DNA of 64,000 nucleotides from IMG/VR virus record IMGVR_UViG_3300014656_000015. One strand, 5' to 3'. The stretch's first letter is position 1. Each line of letters starts with the position of its first letter. Shown piece after piece: positions 18,534-27,381 of this stretch. Under the pieces are notes generated by a model. It worked only from the letters and a program-made list of their open reading frames with translations. It was not told the origin of the DNA and ran no database searches. Position numbers and translations under genes: made by a program. Source of the stretch: a virus.

Positions 18534-19840
18534 CAGTCTACCGCTTTGTTCCTGAGCCTCTTCCTGTAGGTCGCCATCGCGTCATCCAGGAGTTGGTTTG
18601 TCAGCGGACCCGGGGGTGTTGGCTCCAGCATCCGCTGAAGACGCATCTCCTTCTGAGTCACACGGACCAACTTTTCGATCGGGCTGGACATAGTCAGGGT
18701 GTGCCCGCCGAAGGCACCCAGTCCAGCCCCGATTACAGCACTGTTCAGGGCGGCTCGGGCCCTATCCCCGGGTTTCTTGTTCTTGGAGTTGAGAGCCGCG
18801 AGTCCCCCCATTACAGGTGCAGTAATCCCAGCCCCGATCAGAGCACCCCTACCGGATCCCTCCTTTGACTGGTTCCAGTTCTCATAGGTCCGGAGCACGC
18901 CCCGTTCCGCCGCAGCCGCCACCTTGGTCCTGAACGGGATCTGCTTGACCCTGTGTACCTGTTGCGCAAGGGGACGCTTCAACGCCTCCACGGCCTGCTG
19001 CACCAGCCGATTCGCCTCCTCGGGGGAGACGGTGCGGGACCCGCTCTTCTGAAGCTCACGCAGCGCCATGATCTCGTCGAGCAGGGTACCCGGGATGGTA
19101 TCCCCCTTCAACTGACGGAGCTGGGTCAGGTCCTTCTCCAGGCCGGTCAACCGCTTCTGCGCCACATCTCGTCCGGACCGTTCCATGCGGGAACCGAGTC
19201 CGAAGCCTCCGGTACGCTTGGCCAGGTGATAGCCTCCGGCCATGCCGCCGCCACCGCCAAGGATCGCCCCCAGAGTGGGCGCGACACGACGCAGCCCGGG
19301 TGCGAGCCGGCCCAACCCGGCCCCTGCCAGCGCACCGAGCCCGGCCCCGACCGCGGAGCCGCCTAGGGCTCCCAGGGCCTGACCCGCTCCCTCCCCCCGT
19401 GCCCGCCCCTCCTGCGCTGCCTCCTCCGGATCGAGCGGCGTCCGCCTTGGCTCGACCTGGTGATGGTAGAGATGTTGGGGGCCGGCCATCTGCATCTCGA
19501 GGTCCGGCTCCTCCTGCTGACGCATCAACATGGCCAGCCGGAGACTGTTCGGATAGATCATCGACCCATAGGGGTCATAGCCGAAGTCCTGGGCCGTCTT
19601 GGAGAAGATGATGGGGTCCGTGTCCGGGTGCTCCCGGTCCGGCTTCCGCTCCTGCATCCCCTCCGTATCCTCGATGTGTGGCTTCGTGGAGAGCTTCTCG
19701 TCTGCTACGGCCTCGGCTCGAGACAGGTCCTTGGCCTCGGGCAGCTTCATGCCCCGGAGGATACGATCGATTTGATCCGCGGCCGTCTTCGGCTTGCCGA
19801 TGACGAACTCGTCGAGGTTCTGTGCTCCGGTGCGGGTCAT
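18533..19840 (-). CDS. Putative internal virion (ejection) protein with glycine-zipper segments
   Basis: Multiple K-x-[AG] sites (PKTAA, SKTAQ, TKVAA, SKEGS) separating Gly/Ala hydrophobic blocks. Confidence 0.6.
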   Translation of the reverse strand: MTRTGAQNLDEFVIGKPKTAADQIDRILRGMKLPEAKDLSRAEAVADEKLSTKPHIEDTEGMQERKPDREHPDTDPIIFSKTAQDFGYDPYGSMIYPNSLRLAMLMRQQEEPDLEMQMAGPQHLYHHQVEPRRTPLDPEEAAQEGRARGEGAGQALGALGGSAVGAGLGALAGAGLGRLAPGLRRVAPTLGAILGGGGGMAGGYHLAKRTGGFGLGSRMERSGRDVAQKRLTGLEKDLTQLRQLKGDTIPGTLLDEIMALRELQKSGSRTVSPEEANRLVQQAVEALKRPLAQQVHRVKQIPFRTKVAAAAERGVLRTYENWNQSKEGSGRGALIGAGITAPVMGGLAALNSKNKKPGDRARAALNSAVIGAGLGAFGGHTLTMSSPIEKLVRVTQKEMRLQRMLEPTPPGPLTNQLLDDAMATYRKRLRNKAVD

Positions 19841-19841
19841 C

Positions 19842-21074
19842 TTACTTTCCCTTCCTGATGGCCTTGAGACCGAGCCGACCCAGGCTCTCCGCGGGGACAC
19901 CGAGGAAGGCACCGGCTAGCAGGCCCTTCTTGAGACCGCCACCCACCGCACCTGCCGGGTGCTCCCGCCCCGCACGTTCGGTGCGCAGCATGTGCTTGAG
20001 GTCGGCCAGCCGCTCCTCCTCCTTGTAGGAGGGATCCCGCTGGGCCCGGAGCGCGTGCTCCTGGATGTCCCCGATCAGCTTCAGCTCTTTCGAGCTCGGC
20101 ACCTCCTTGCCGTAACGCTTCTGGTGCGCGATTCGCTTGACCATTTCGTACCCGCCCAACGCACCGGCCCCGATGCCCATGGCGGCGAGGTGCCCCTTCA
20201 TGCCCAGGGCACTCTCCTTGGCCAGCATCGCTTCCCGGAGCGAGCCCTGCTTCACCGCTGCCCCCTGCTGCCCCATCTGCTGCTCGCGCTGCATCGCTTC
20301 CTCAGCCTGCTGCTTCTGGAGCGCGGCGTTCTGCTCCGCCTTCTCGGCTTGGTTCACCTCACGCTGTGCCTTCGAGGTAGCCGGCTGAGCCTGCTGCTGT
20401 TGCTGTTGGGGCTGGCCCGTTTGATCCTGCATCCCCATTTGCGCCGCCTGTTGCTGCGCGTCACCCTGCAGCGCCTGGATCGTCTGTTGCTGCTGTGCCT
20501 CGATCTGCTGACGCTCAGCCGGAGAGTACGCCGCGACCTGCTTCAGCTGCTGCGCGAGCTGGTCCGCAGCCTGCATCAGCTCCTGCCGGTGCTGCTGCTG
20601 GTTCATGGTCTCCGCCATCGCCGAGTCCTGGGCCTGGATCGCCTGCATCGTCATGGCTTGCCGTGCGGCAGCCTCCTGCTGGAGCTGGAGCTGGAGCTGT
20701 TGCGCCTGTTGCGCCTGCGCCATGCTCTCCTGCTGCGCCTGTGCCAGCATGGCCTCGGCCTCGTCGTTTCGGGCCTGAAGCTCCTGCACGGCTTGCTGCA
20801 ACATGGCGCGTTCCGACTCCATCTCCTGGAGCTGGACGGCGCGAGCCATCTCCGGGTCCTGCAGCGCCTCGAGCTCCTCCGGAGCCAGCTCGACATCACC
20901 CTCGACCTGGGCGTGCTTCTGGATCATGTGCTCGAGCCGGAGCCGGGCCAGGCCTGCCGTCTTGGTCAGCTCCTGTGGAGCGGGCCGAGCCAGGTTGTGG
21001 AACGAGGTCATGAAGCCGGCCGCGACTCCCCACGGAATGGGCTCACCATTGACGTACTTGTCCAATGCCGACAT
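19842..21074 (-). CDS. Gln/Ala-rich coiled-coil virion protein
   Basis: Long Q-rich heptad region; TKTAG, QKHAQ and AKESA sites; hydrophobic C-terminus. Confidence 0.65.
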   Translation of the reverse strand: MSALDKYVNGEPIPWGVAAGFMTSFHNLARPAPQELTKTAGLARLRLEHMIQKHAQVEGDVELAPEELEALQDPEMARAVQLQEMESERAMLQQAVQELQARNDEAEAMLAQAQQESMAQAQQAQQLQLQLQQEAAARQAMTMQAIQAQDSAMAETMNQQQHRQELMQAADQLAQQLKQVAAYSPAERQQIEAQQQQTIQALQGDAQQQAAQMGMQDQTGQPQQQQQQAQPATSKAQREVNQAEKAEQNAALQKQQAEEAMQREQQMGQQGAAVKQGSLREAMLAKESALGMKGHLAAMGIGAGALGGYEMVKRIAHQKRYGKEVPSSKELKLIGDIQEHALRAQRDPSYKEEERLADLKHMLRTERAGREHPAGAVGGGLKKGLLAGAFLGVPAESLGRLGLKAIRKGK

Positions 21075-21083
21075 CTCGTCCTC

Positions 21084-21569
21084 CTACGTATCCAGGATCA
21101 CGACCCACCGCTCGGTCGGATCATGACTCGATTCGATGCGGACCACGTTGGCCAAGGCGATCAAGGCCTGGGTCTGGTCCGCGGCGGGTGCCACGTTGAA
21201 CCCGAGCGCGGCGTTCCCCGTTCCGGTATTGCGTACGATGATGGCGGGGTCGCTGAACAGGCGGAGGTAGCGATGCTTCGTGCCCCGACCCGGAGGGTGC
21301 GACGTGTCGTAACGCTCCGGAACGTGGAGCGAGGCGACCCCCGCCATGCCGGCCGTGGCCAGGATCTGAGCCAGGATCTCGTCCGCGGTCCAGTTCCGGC
21401 CAAGGGCCGGTGCGAAGGTCACGGTCCGGTCCACACCGCCAGCGTTGACGATGAGCGTCAGCCCGTCGACATTGGCTCCGCTTGGGTGCAGATTGACCGT
21501 GCCCAGAACGGCCCCATTGAGGAAGTCAACGAGCTCCCGTTCCGTCTGGAATCGTCTGCTGCTCCACAT
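21084..21569 (-). CDS. Hypothetical virion structural protein
   Basis: Start MWSSRRF at 21569 with AGGA RBS; beta-rich; in the head-neck region. Confidence 0.6.
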   Translation of the reverse strand: MWSSRRFQTERELVDFLNGAVLGTVNLHPSGANVDGLTLIVNAGGVDRTVTFAPALGRNWTADEILAQILATAGMAGVASLHVPERYDTSHPPGRGTKHRYLRLFSDPAIIVRNTGTGNAALGFNVAPAADQTQALIALANVVRIESSHDPTERWVVILDT

Positions 21570-21574
21570 TCGTC

Positions 21575-22099
21575 CTACCCCGCTGTCTCGTCGGAGAACC
21601 CATGGATCAGAAGCAGCTCGGAGTGCGCCCCGACCCCGGAACCCATCATCTGGGAGATGTTCTCGGCGATCTTCGTGTCCCGTATCCAGGGGTCCCACTG
21701 ACTCCGCATGATCCCGATCCAGCTCTGGAGCAGTGGGGTCTTGTCGGAGACCGCCACGTTGAGCCCGCCGTCGCTGAACGGCAGGTGATTCCTGGTTTGA
21801 AGGATGCCGACCTGGGCCAGGAGGTGGGCCACGGAGCCCGTGAGTAACGGATGTGCCCAACCCCTGGAGATGAAGTCCTCCACCGTGTAGATGCCCAGGG
21901 GTGGCGGACGCGAGCTGAACTCGGAGAGCGCGCCCATGACGGCGAACGCGATCATCATGTCCGAGCTCTCCTCACCATCCACGAGCCGGTTCAGCTCGGC
22001 GAAGTCCCGAACGAAGAGGCGGACCTGTGCCACGACGTCGTTGAACGTTGCCGACGCCCCGGGTATTGCAGGTCTCGACAGGCCCTGGAGCCTAGCCAT
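21575..22099 (-). CDS. Putative head-tail connector (adaptor) protein
   Basis: All-alpha VAQVRLFVRD...LNRL pattern; position after the MCP gene. Confidence 0.55.
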   Translation of the reverse strand: MARLQGLSRPAIPGASATFNDVVAQVRLFVRDFAELNRLVDGEESSDMMIAFAVMGALSEFSSRPPPLGIYTVEDFISRGWAHPLLTGSVAHLLAQVGILQTRNHLPFSDGGLNVAVSDKTPLLQSWIGIMRSQWDPWIRDTKIAENISQMMGSGVGAHSELLLIHGFSDETAG

Positions 22100-22391
22100 G
22101 CCCCTTCTTCACCTTCCTGGACCGCTTCGAGTCCAGCACCTCGGCATCATCGGGGTCCGCCTCGACCGGTGCCGATGTCTCGGGCGCCTCCTGCTGAGTA
22201 TACCATCCCGGGACGTGGTCCACGCTCACCTTGGACGCATGGATCCAACCCGAGATCCTGGCGAGTGGGATCTGGTCCGGCAGCTCACAGCTCTGACCAG
22301 CCTCGACGATGAATCCGTCGATGGCCAGGGCCTCAGGCTTCCGTTGCGGCAAGTAGGGCGGGGTCCGATCCGTCAGGTTGTGGATCCTCAT
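22092..22391 (-). CDS. Hypothetical protein
   Basis: Translationally coupled ORF within the head operon. Confidence 0.6.
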   Translation of the reverse strand: MRIHNLTDRTPPYLPQRKPEALAIDGFIVEAGQSCELPDQIPLARISGWIHASKVSVDHVPGWYTQQEAPETSAPVEADPDDAEVLDSKRSRKVKKGHG

Positions 22392-22936
22392 GACAGAAGC
22401 TCCGCAAGCTCCGCCTTCTTGAGCTTGCTCAGGTCACTTGCGGTGCGCCCGGTGCGCTCCACCGCCATCTCCACCAGGGTGCTCTTCGTCAACGCCATCA
22501 AATCGTCCGGCCCCGCACCCTCGTCCCCATCGTCTTCGGGCTCCTCATCGAGGAAGCCCAGGACATCCTCGGAGCTCGCGGCCACCAGTTCCTTAACTGC
22601 CTCCGGCTCCTTGGGCGCCTCCGGCTCCTTGGGCGCCTCCGGCTCCTCGATCCGTTCGGGCTCCTTCGGTTCGGGGACCGGCACATCGGCAGCGCCGAAG
22701 CCAAAGATGGGTCCGGACGGCCCCCCGACACGGACCTGGATGCGTCCATCGATCTGCAGCTGATGCAGGCGGTCCCAGTGCCGCCTGACCTGCTCCTCGC
22801 TCAGCTCGATCCCCCGGTTGCGGGCGATCCGCAGAGAGCCGAAGAGGAAGGGCGATACCCGGTTATAGGGCGCCGCCACCCGAGCCGCCTTGGTGGCGAT
22901 CTTGCGTCCCGTGTTGTGCACATAGTACTTGGTCAT
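22388..22936 (-). CDS. Protein with PEAPKE repeats and a C-terminal Rho-N/HeH-like helical domain
   Basis: EPEAPK repeats; LMALTKSTLVEMA...LKKAELAELL; GGAGG RBS. Confidence 0.55.
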   Translation of the reverse strand: MTKYYVHNTGRKIATKAARVAAPYNRVSPFLFGSLRIARNRGIELSEEQVRRHWDRLHQLQIDGRIQVRVGGPSGPIFGFGAADVPVPEPKEPERIEEPEAPKEPEAPKEPEAVKELVAASSEDVLGFLDEEPEDDGDEGAGPDDLMALTKSTLVEMAVERTGRTASDLSKLKKAELAELLS

Positions 22937-22946
22937 CTCAACCTCC

Positions 22947-22986
22947 AAAAAAGAGGGCGCGGCGCCGTGTCTGGCACCGCGCCCTC
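22947..22986 (-). terminator. Canonical intrinsic terminator after the major capsid gene
   Basis: GAGGGCGCGG...CCGCGCCCTC stem followed by TTTTTT on the minus strand. Confidence 0.85.
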
Positions 22987-23016
22987 AAGGCGCTCACAGT
23001 TGTTCTCCACCGGGGC

Positions 23017-24141
23017 CTAGTAGAAGTAGACCCTGGGGAAGTACACCTCGTCCTCGACCCGATGGTTCATGGCGCCGAGGTCTTCTTCGTCCACCGGTGT
23101 CACGGAGCCCGCCGCCACGATGCCGTCCGCGTCGGTAGCCGTGGCATCACCGCTGAACAGCTCCATCTTGCGGACCGAGGCCACGTTGATGATGGACATC
23201 GCGATGGTCTCCCAGGCCTGCCACGTGATCTGGTTGAAGTGCTTGTCGATGAAGAACTTGGTGGCGTTCAGCACGTAGAACCGCCCCAGGAACTCCTCAT
23301 CGGTGAAGCCGTACACGTTGCCGGGCCGAAGGATGTCGGTCTTGATGGTGCGGATGTAGCCGCGACCCACGAGCTTCTCGTAGGTGTAGCCGTCCACCGC
23401 GGTCTCGCTCTGCAGCTTGTCGCCGAAGTCCTCGACGGTCCACGTGTTGATCGAGTCGAAGTCGTACTCGGTCAGCAAGATGCGGGTGCAGCGGAGCTTG
23501 TTTCCGTCCAGCAGCTGATGCAGCCGGACCGCATCGTCCCGCTGGAACGGCCAGACCCTGGCGTCGTTGTTGATGTCGGCCCGGGCCAGGATGCCCTTGC
23601 GGACCGAGCTCTCGACCACGGTGCCCGCCGTGATCGTGGTCTCGTGGAGCGAGGTGACCGCGCCGCCGTTGGCCTCTTGCTGCAGGGCCTGGACCGCGGC
23701 CTCGCAGTGCGTGAGGAACTCGAGGTCTTCGACCTCCTGGATGTCCTTGGCCGAGTTGTCCTCCACGACCTTGGTGATCTTCATCCGGTACGCCTGGAGC
23801 TCCTCCTCGTAGGCCTCGAACCGCTCCGACGAGATGGTCAGGAACGGGATCTCGACCCGGGGCGCACGGATCAGCCGAGCGTCGGGCTGGCCGCGGAACG
23901 GCAGGACCATGGCCCGGCTCTCCGGCTCGAGCTGCTCGATGATGGTCAGCGTGTCCTGATGCACGCTGGGCTTGCACTCCTCCGGGGTCACGTTCTTCGG
24001 CTCGATGATCTTGCCGCAGAACCGCTCCTCACGGAGGTGGTCCCGGATGTACTCGCCGCCCAGCTGGGCATGCTTGGCCTTGCCCTCCGGGGTGTCGAGC
24101 TTGCCGAGGAAGTTCATGTTGTAGAATGTGACGTCGGACAT
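23017..24141 (-). CDS. Major capsid protein (putative HK97 fold)
   Basis: 374 aa; follows the protease/scaffold genes and precedes a strong terminator; YIRDHLREERFCGKII...IQEVEDLEFL pattern; strongly biased codons. Confidence 0.8.
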   Translation of the reverse strand: MSDVTFYNMNFLGKLDTPEGKAKHAQLGGEYIRDHLREERFCGKIIEPKNVTPEECKPSVHQDTLTIIEQLEPESRAMVLPFRGQPDARLIRAPRVEIPFLTISSERFEAYEEELQAYRMKITKVVEDNSAKDIQEVEDLEFLTHCEAAVQALQQEANGGAVTSLHETTITAGTVVESSVRKGILARADINNDARVWPFQRDDAVRLHQLLDGNKLRCTRILLTEYDFDSINTWTVEDFGDKLQSETAVDGYTYEKLVGRGYIRTIKTDILRPGNVYGFTDEEFLGRFYVLNATKFFIDKHFNQITWQAWETIAMSIINVASVRKMELFSGDATATDADGIVAAGSVTPVDEEDLGAMNHRVEDEVYFPRVYFY

Positions 24142-24160
24142 TGTGCTCCTCCTTCCTTCC

Positions 24161-24622
24161 TCAGCTCGCCGTGTACAGGAACTGGAGCCAGTCCCCGTTC
24201 GAAGCCGCGGTTCGGATGACCTGCCCGATGACCGGGTTCGCGCCAGCCGCGTGGGTCTGCAGCCCGCTCTTGGTCAGCGTCAGGTAGGTGACGTCGGCCA
24301 CCTCCAGGATCGCACCGAGCGCTGGGGGTGCAGCCGTGTTGAAGATCTTGGTCTCGCCCAGGAAGGTGCCACCCATGATGAGCGGGACCTTGCGGGCGCC
24401 CTGCGTGTCGGACCTGCCCTTCTCGCTCCACAGCACGAAGGGTCCCGGCCGGACGCCGGGGTTGGCCGCACGGACCACCTTGTTGGTGGCGTTGATCGTG
24501 AGCCATTCCCCGTGCTCGAGCGGGTTCGCGTTCTCGAAGTTGAGAAGCGTCAGGTCGTTGGGCTCGTACCTGCGAATGAGGAGCCCGATCGAGGGGCTCT
24601 TCAGTCTGAATGTCTGGACCAT
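24161..24622 (-). CDS. Putative capsid decoration/cement protein
   Basis: 153-aa beta-rich ORF directly upstream of the MCP gene. Confidence 0.55.
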   Translation of the reverse strand: MVQTFRLKSPSIGLLIRRYEPNDLTLLNFENANPLEHGEWLTINATNKVVRAANPGVRPGPFVLWSEKGRSDTQGARKVPLIMGGTFLGETKIFNTAAPPALGAILEVADVTYLTLTKSGLQTHAAGANPVIGQVIRTAASNGDWLQFLYTAS

Positions 24623-24673
24623 CTCACCTCACCTTTTCCTTCACAGTTGGGTCGTTTCCAGCCCGGTGCCCTC

Positions 24674-25036
24674 TCAGCCCATCACGAAGCTGTCCAGATC
24701 CTCCCCAGCACCCGGAGGAACGTCCCCCGCATGCCCGAGAGGCCGACCGCTCGCACTGAGCTCGACAGCCTGCTTGACCAGCTCGAGCTTGCCCTCGGCA
24801 GCCTTTCCCAGCAGGAAGATACGGGTCTCTTCCGGGGTACGACCGCTGTCGAGCCCACGAGCATGGATCGTCTCGGCCAGCTTGGTGACCTCGTTGCTCA
24901 GCTGGAACTGAGCCAGCTTCACGCGGAGGCTTCGGTTCTCGCTGACGAGTCGATCCCGTTCGCTGGCCACCTTCAGCATGGCCTCTGCCCCGAGCCGGAG
25001 CATGCGCTGAACATCCACAGAGCTCAGCTTCTCCAT
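24674..25036 (-). CDS. Small coiled-coil scaffold-like protein
   Basis: LKVAS and TKLAE sites; helical; GGAGG RBS. Confidence 0.55.
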   Translation of the reverse strand: MEKLSSVDVQRMLRLGAEAMLKVASERDRLVSENRSLRVKLAQFQLSNEVTKLAETIHARGLDSGRTPEETRIFLLGKAAEGKLELVKQAVELSASGRPLGHAGDVPPGAGEDLDSFVMG

Positions 25037-25048
25037 TCTCCGCCTCCT

Positions 25049-26128
25049 TCAGGCCCGGACCGAATCCGGATTGTGGTCTGCGGTCGGAGCGGATCCAGCC
25101 TGCCCCACCTTCCGCATCCCGAGCCTCGATGCTACCTTGCATGCCTGGCAGGGCTCGTTCGAGCTGTCCGTACTGCAGGTGCAGCCCCGGCTCGCCAGCT
25201 TCTGCAGGATCGACCGGGCCGCGGCCACCTTGGCCCCGGCTTCGTCGACCACATCGGCACCCAGCGCATTGTCCAGCGTCTTGTCGGTGGCACTGGACAT
25301 GGCGGGTTCCTCGAGCACCTCGCCCAACTGCTTCTTCGGCACTGCCATGGCCTCTGCCTTCGTGAGGTCGATCGCGGCCTCATTCGACTGCAGCGCCTTC
25401 TCCTGGCTCGTGACCTCGGCAGGACGCTTCACCTGATCCGGCTGGTCCTCAGGGAAGCCGGTGCCTTTCACGTGAGAGGTCTGGATGTCCGCGGCCTCGC
25501 TCTCCGCCGCGGCCTTACGGAGCTGCAGCGCGGCCCGCTTCATACGGGTCACGATGCTGCTCTCCTTGGTGCTGCCCTGGAAGTGGAGCGGGTTGGGCGG
25601 CATCTCGATCTCGGCGTCGGTCTTCGGACTGGCCGCCGCCGCAAGCGGGTTCGCACCGGGCTCCATCTTGTCGGACGGGCCCGGTACCTTGGCTTGCCCC
25701 AGCAGATCCTGGGGCATGGCCTCGGTGTGCGGCTGGTCATGGTCGGTGGGAATCGTGTTCGGGCCATGCCCCGGGCCCGAATCGGCCCCGGCCTCCGTCG
25801 CCGTCTTCAGACGGGGGCCGGACGGGAACTGGATCCGGTGGAGGTGGTCCGCGAGGTAGGTCATGGCCCCGGCCAGCTTGGCCAAACGGGCCGAGCTGGT
25901 CTTCTCCTGCTCCGAGACCTGTTCCTCCCGAGCCTCATCCTTCACCTCTTTCTCGGCGCATTCCGCGCAGAGCTCTTTGCCCTCCACCGCCGGTCGGCCG
26001 CACTTCTTGCAGGTGGTAGCACCCTCCTGCGCATCGGCAGCATCTTCGGCGATCTTGGACAGACCAATCGAGCCGCTCTCGTTGAGCGCGGCTTCGATCA
26101 GGTCCTTGATCGTGGGAGCTGGCATCAT
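25049..26128 (-). CDS. Scaffold/internal head protein with many K-x-A/S sites and Cys motifs
   Basis: SKIAE, EKTSS, AKLAG, LKTAT, MKRAA, AKVAA, QKLAS; CxxC...CxxC. Confidence 0.6.
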   Translation of the reverse strand: MMPAPTIKDLIEAALNESGSIGLSKIAEDAADAQEGATTCKKCGRPAVEGKELCAECAEKEVKDEAREEQVSEQEKTSSARLAKLAGAMTYLADHLHRIQFPSGPRLKTATEAGADSGPGHGPNTIPTDHDQPHTEAMPQDLLGQAKVPGPSDKMEPGANPLAAAASPKTDAEIEMPPNPLHFQGSTKESSIVTRMKRAALQLRKAAAESEAADIQTSHVKGTGFPEDQPDQVKRPAEVTSQEKALQSNEAAIDLTKAEAMAVPKKQLGEVLEEPAMSSATDKTLDNALGADVVDEAGAKVAAARSILQKLASRGCTCSTDSSNEPCQACKVASRLGMRKVGQAGSAPTADHNPDSVRA

Positions 26129-26140
26129 TTCCTCCTCGAA

Positions 26141-26422
26141 TCAGACTGCCTGCGGCGGTGGAACGGCGCCCTGACCCTGGGTCAGCGCGTTAGTCGTTCC
26201 GGGTACCTTGGTATGGACCGCCGTGTAGTTGGTCTTCTGGAGAGTGGTGCCCTGCAGCGCCTTCCCGATCACCTTCTTCGCGGTGATCGGGGTGTTCTGC
26301 AGAGCGTTCTGACCACCGAGGAGCCCACCCGGAGTCGGAGGAGCCTTGATCGCGGGGCTGCTCACCGCCGCGATCTTCTCCAGCTCATCCAGGAATGCTC
26401 CCATGGTCACCATCTCCAACAC
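26141..26422 (-). CDS. Small internal head protein with a DELEKIA tag
   Basis: GAFLDELEKIAA at the N-terminus. Confidence 0.6.
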   Translation of the reverse strand: MLEMVTMGAFLDELEKIAAVSSPAIKAPPTPGGLLGGQNALQNTPITAKKVIGKALQGTTLQKTNYTAVHTKVPGTTNALTQGQGAVPPPQAV

Positions 26423-26429
26423 GGTGCGC

Positions 26430-27311
26430 TCAGTCCGCCACCGGGTAGCCCAGGGAGGCCAGGTACTCGAGGGCGGCTCCCTCGATCCGGCTCTCGAAGT
26501 CGCCGGCCACCTTCTCCTGCTCCTGTGCCGGAGGCGGGGTGATGTTGCCGTTGACGTCGACCCAGCCCGCCTCGGCCAGCTTCTCGACGGCCTTGCGGGT
26601 CACCGCCTCCTCGATGGCCGAGCTCTTCTTCTCCCGAAGCGCCTGCACACCCCGGTAGCCACCGTAGCCAGCACCACCGACGGCTCCGGCGGCACCGACA
26701 CCTGTGGCGACCTGGGAGCCGATACCAGCTGCCCTGGAAAGACGCTCGAGGCCCTTCCGGTAGGTGTTCCCACCCTTGGCAACGTCACCCTTGGCACCAC
26801 CCAAACGGTGAATGATGGCCTTCTCGATATCGCTGAGGCCACCTTTGCGCCCACGCTCCGTCACGGCCTTCTCCGCAGCGGAGCCCACACGTCCCAGGGT
26901 TGACTCGTAGGCTTGACCCGGGGCCTTCTTGACCGCGGAGAGCGCCCTCCCGAGGCCACCCTTGACTGCCTGGTACGCGTCGCCGGCTCGGCCCGCCTCC
27001 TTCTCGATGTTGCCCAGCTCCTGGGTGAAGGCGTGGGCCATGACGCGTCCGCCGAAGTCGAACTCGGCGAACTTCTCGATGGCCTCCGGATCCGCCTCGC
27101 CCTCGGGGGCTGCTTCACCACTGTAGAGCTCGGAGGCGGTCTTCAGGATCTCCTCGTCCGAGTACTGCGAGAGATCGACGCCCTTGGCCGCGGCGTCCTC
27201 CGCCAGGAGATAGACCTGGGCCATCTTCTCCAGCTCGTCCTCGGTCGCGGCAGGGGCCTCGGCGGAGGCAGTCTTGGTCGTTCCGTACAACTCACTCAGA
27301 AACTGGTCCAT
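26430..27311 (-). CDS. Scaffold-like internal head protein
   Basis: TKTAS, DELEKMA, LKTAS, EKFA, EKEAG, EKLA, EKVA; downstream of the protease gene. Confidence 0.6.
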   Translation of the reverse strand: MDQFLSELYGTTKTASAEAPAATEDELEKMAQVYLLAEDAAAKGVDLSQYSDEEILKTASELYSGEAAPEGEADPEAIEKFAEFDFGGRVMAHAFTQELGNIEKEAGRAGDAYQAVKGGLGRALSAVKKAPGQAYESTLGRVGSAAEKAVTERGRKGGLSDIEKAIIHRLGGAKGDVAKGGNTYRKGLERLSRAAGIGSQVATGVGAAGAVGGAGYGGYRGVQALREKKSSAIEEAVTRKAVEKLAEAGWVDVNGNITPPPAQEQEKVAGDFESRIEGAALEYLASLGYPVAD

Positions 27312-27381
27312 GTTTCGTTTCCCTTCTCGTTTGTCCGATCACCACTAGCGGATCAGGCGATCCTCGGTTACCGAGTAGGTC

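Noticed and set aside
13019-26542. Long plus-strand ORFs (13019-15091, 19959-21701, 23062-24219, 24128-26542) and similar ones elsewhere
   Set aside because: They are antisense shadows of GC-rich minus-strand genes, with no motifs or RBS and with H/L/R/G-biased composition.
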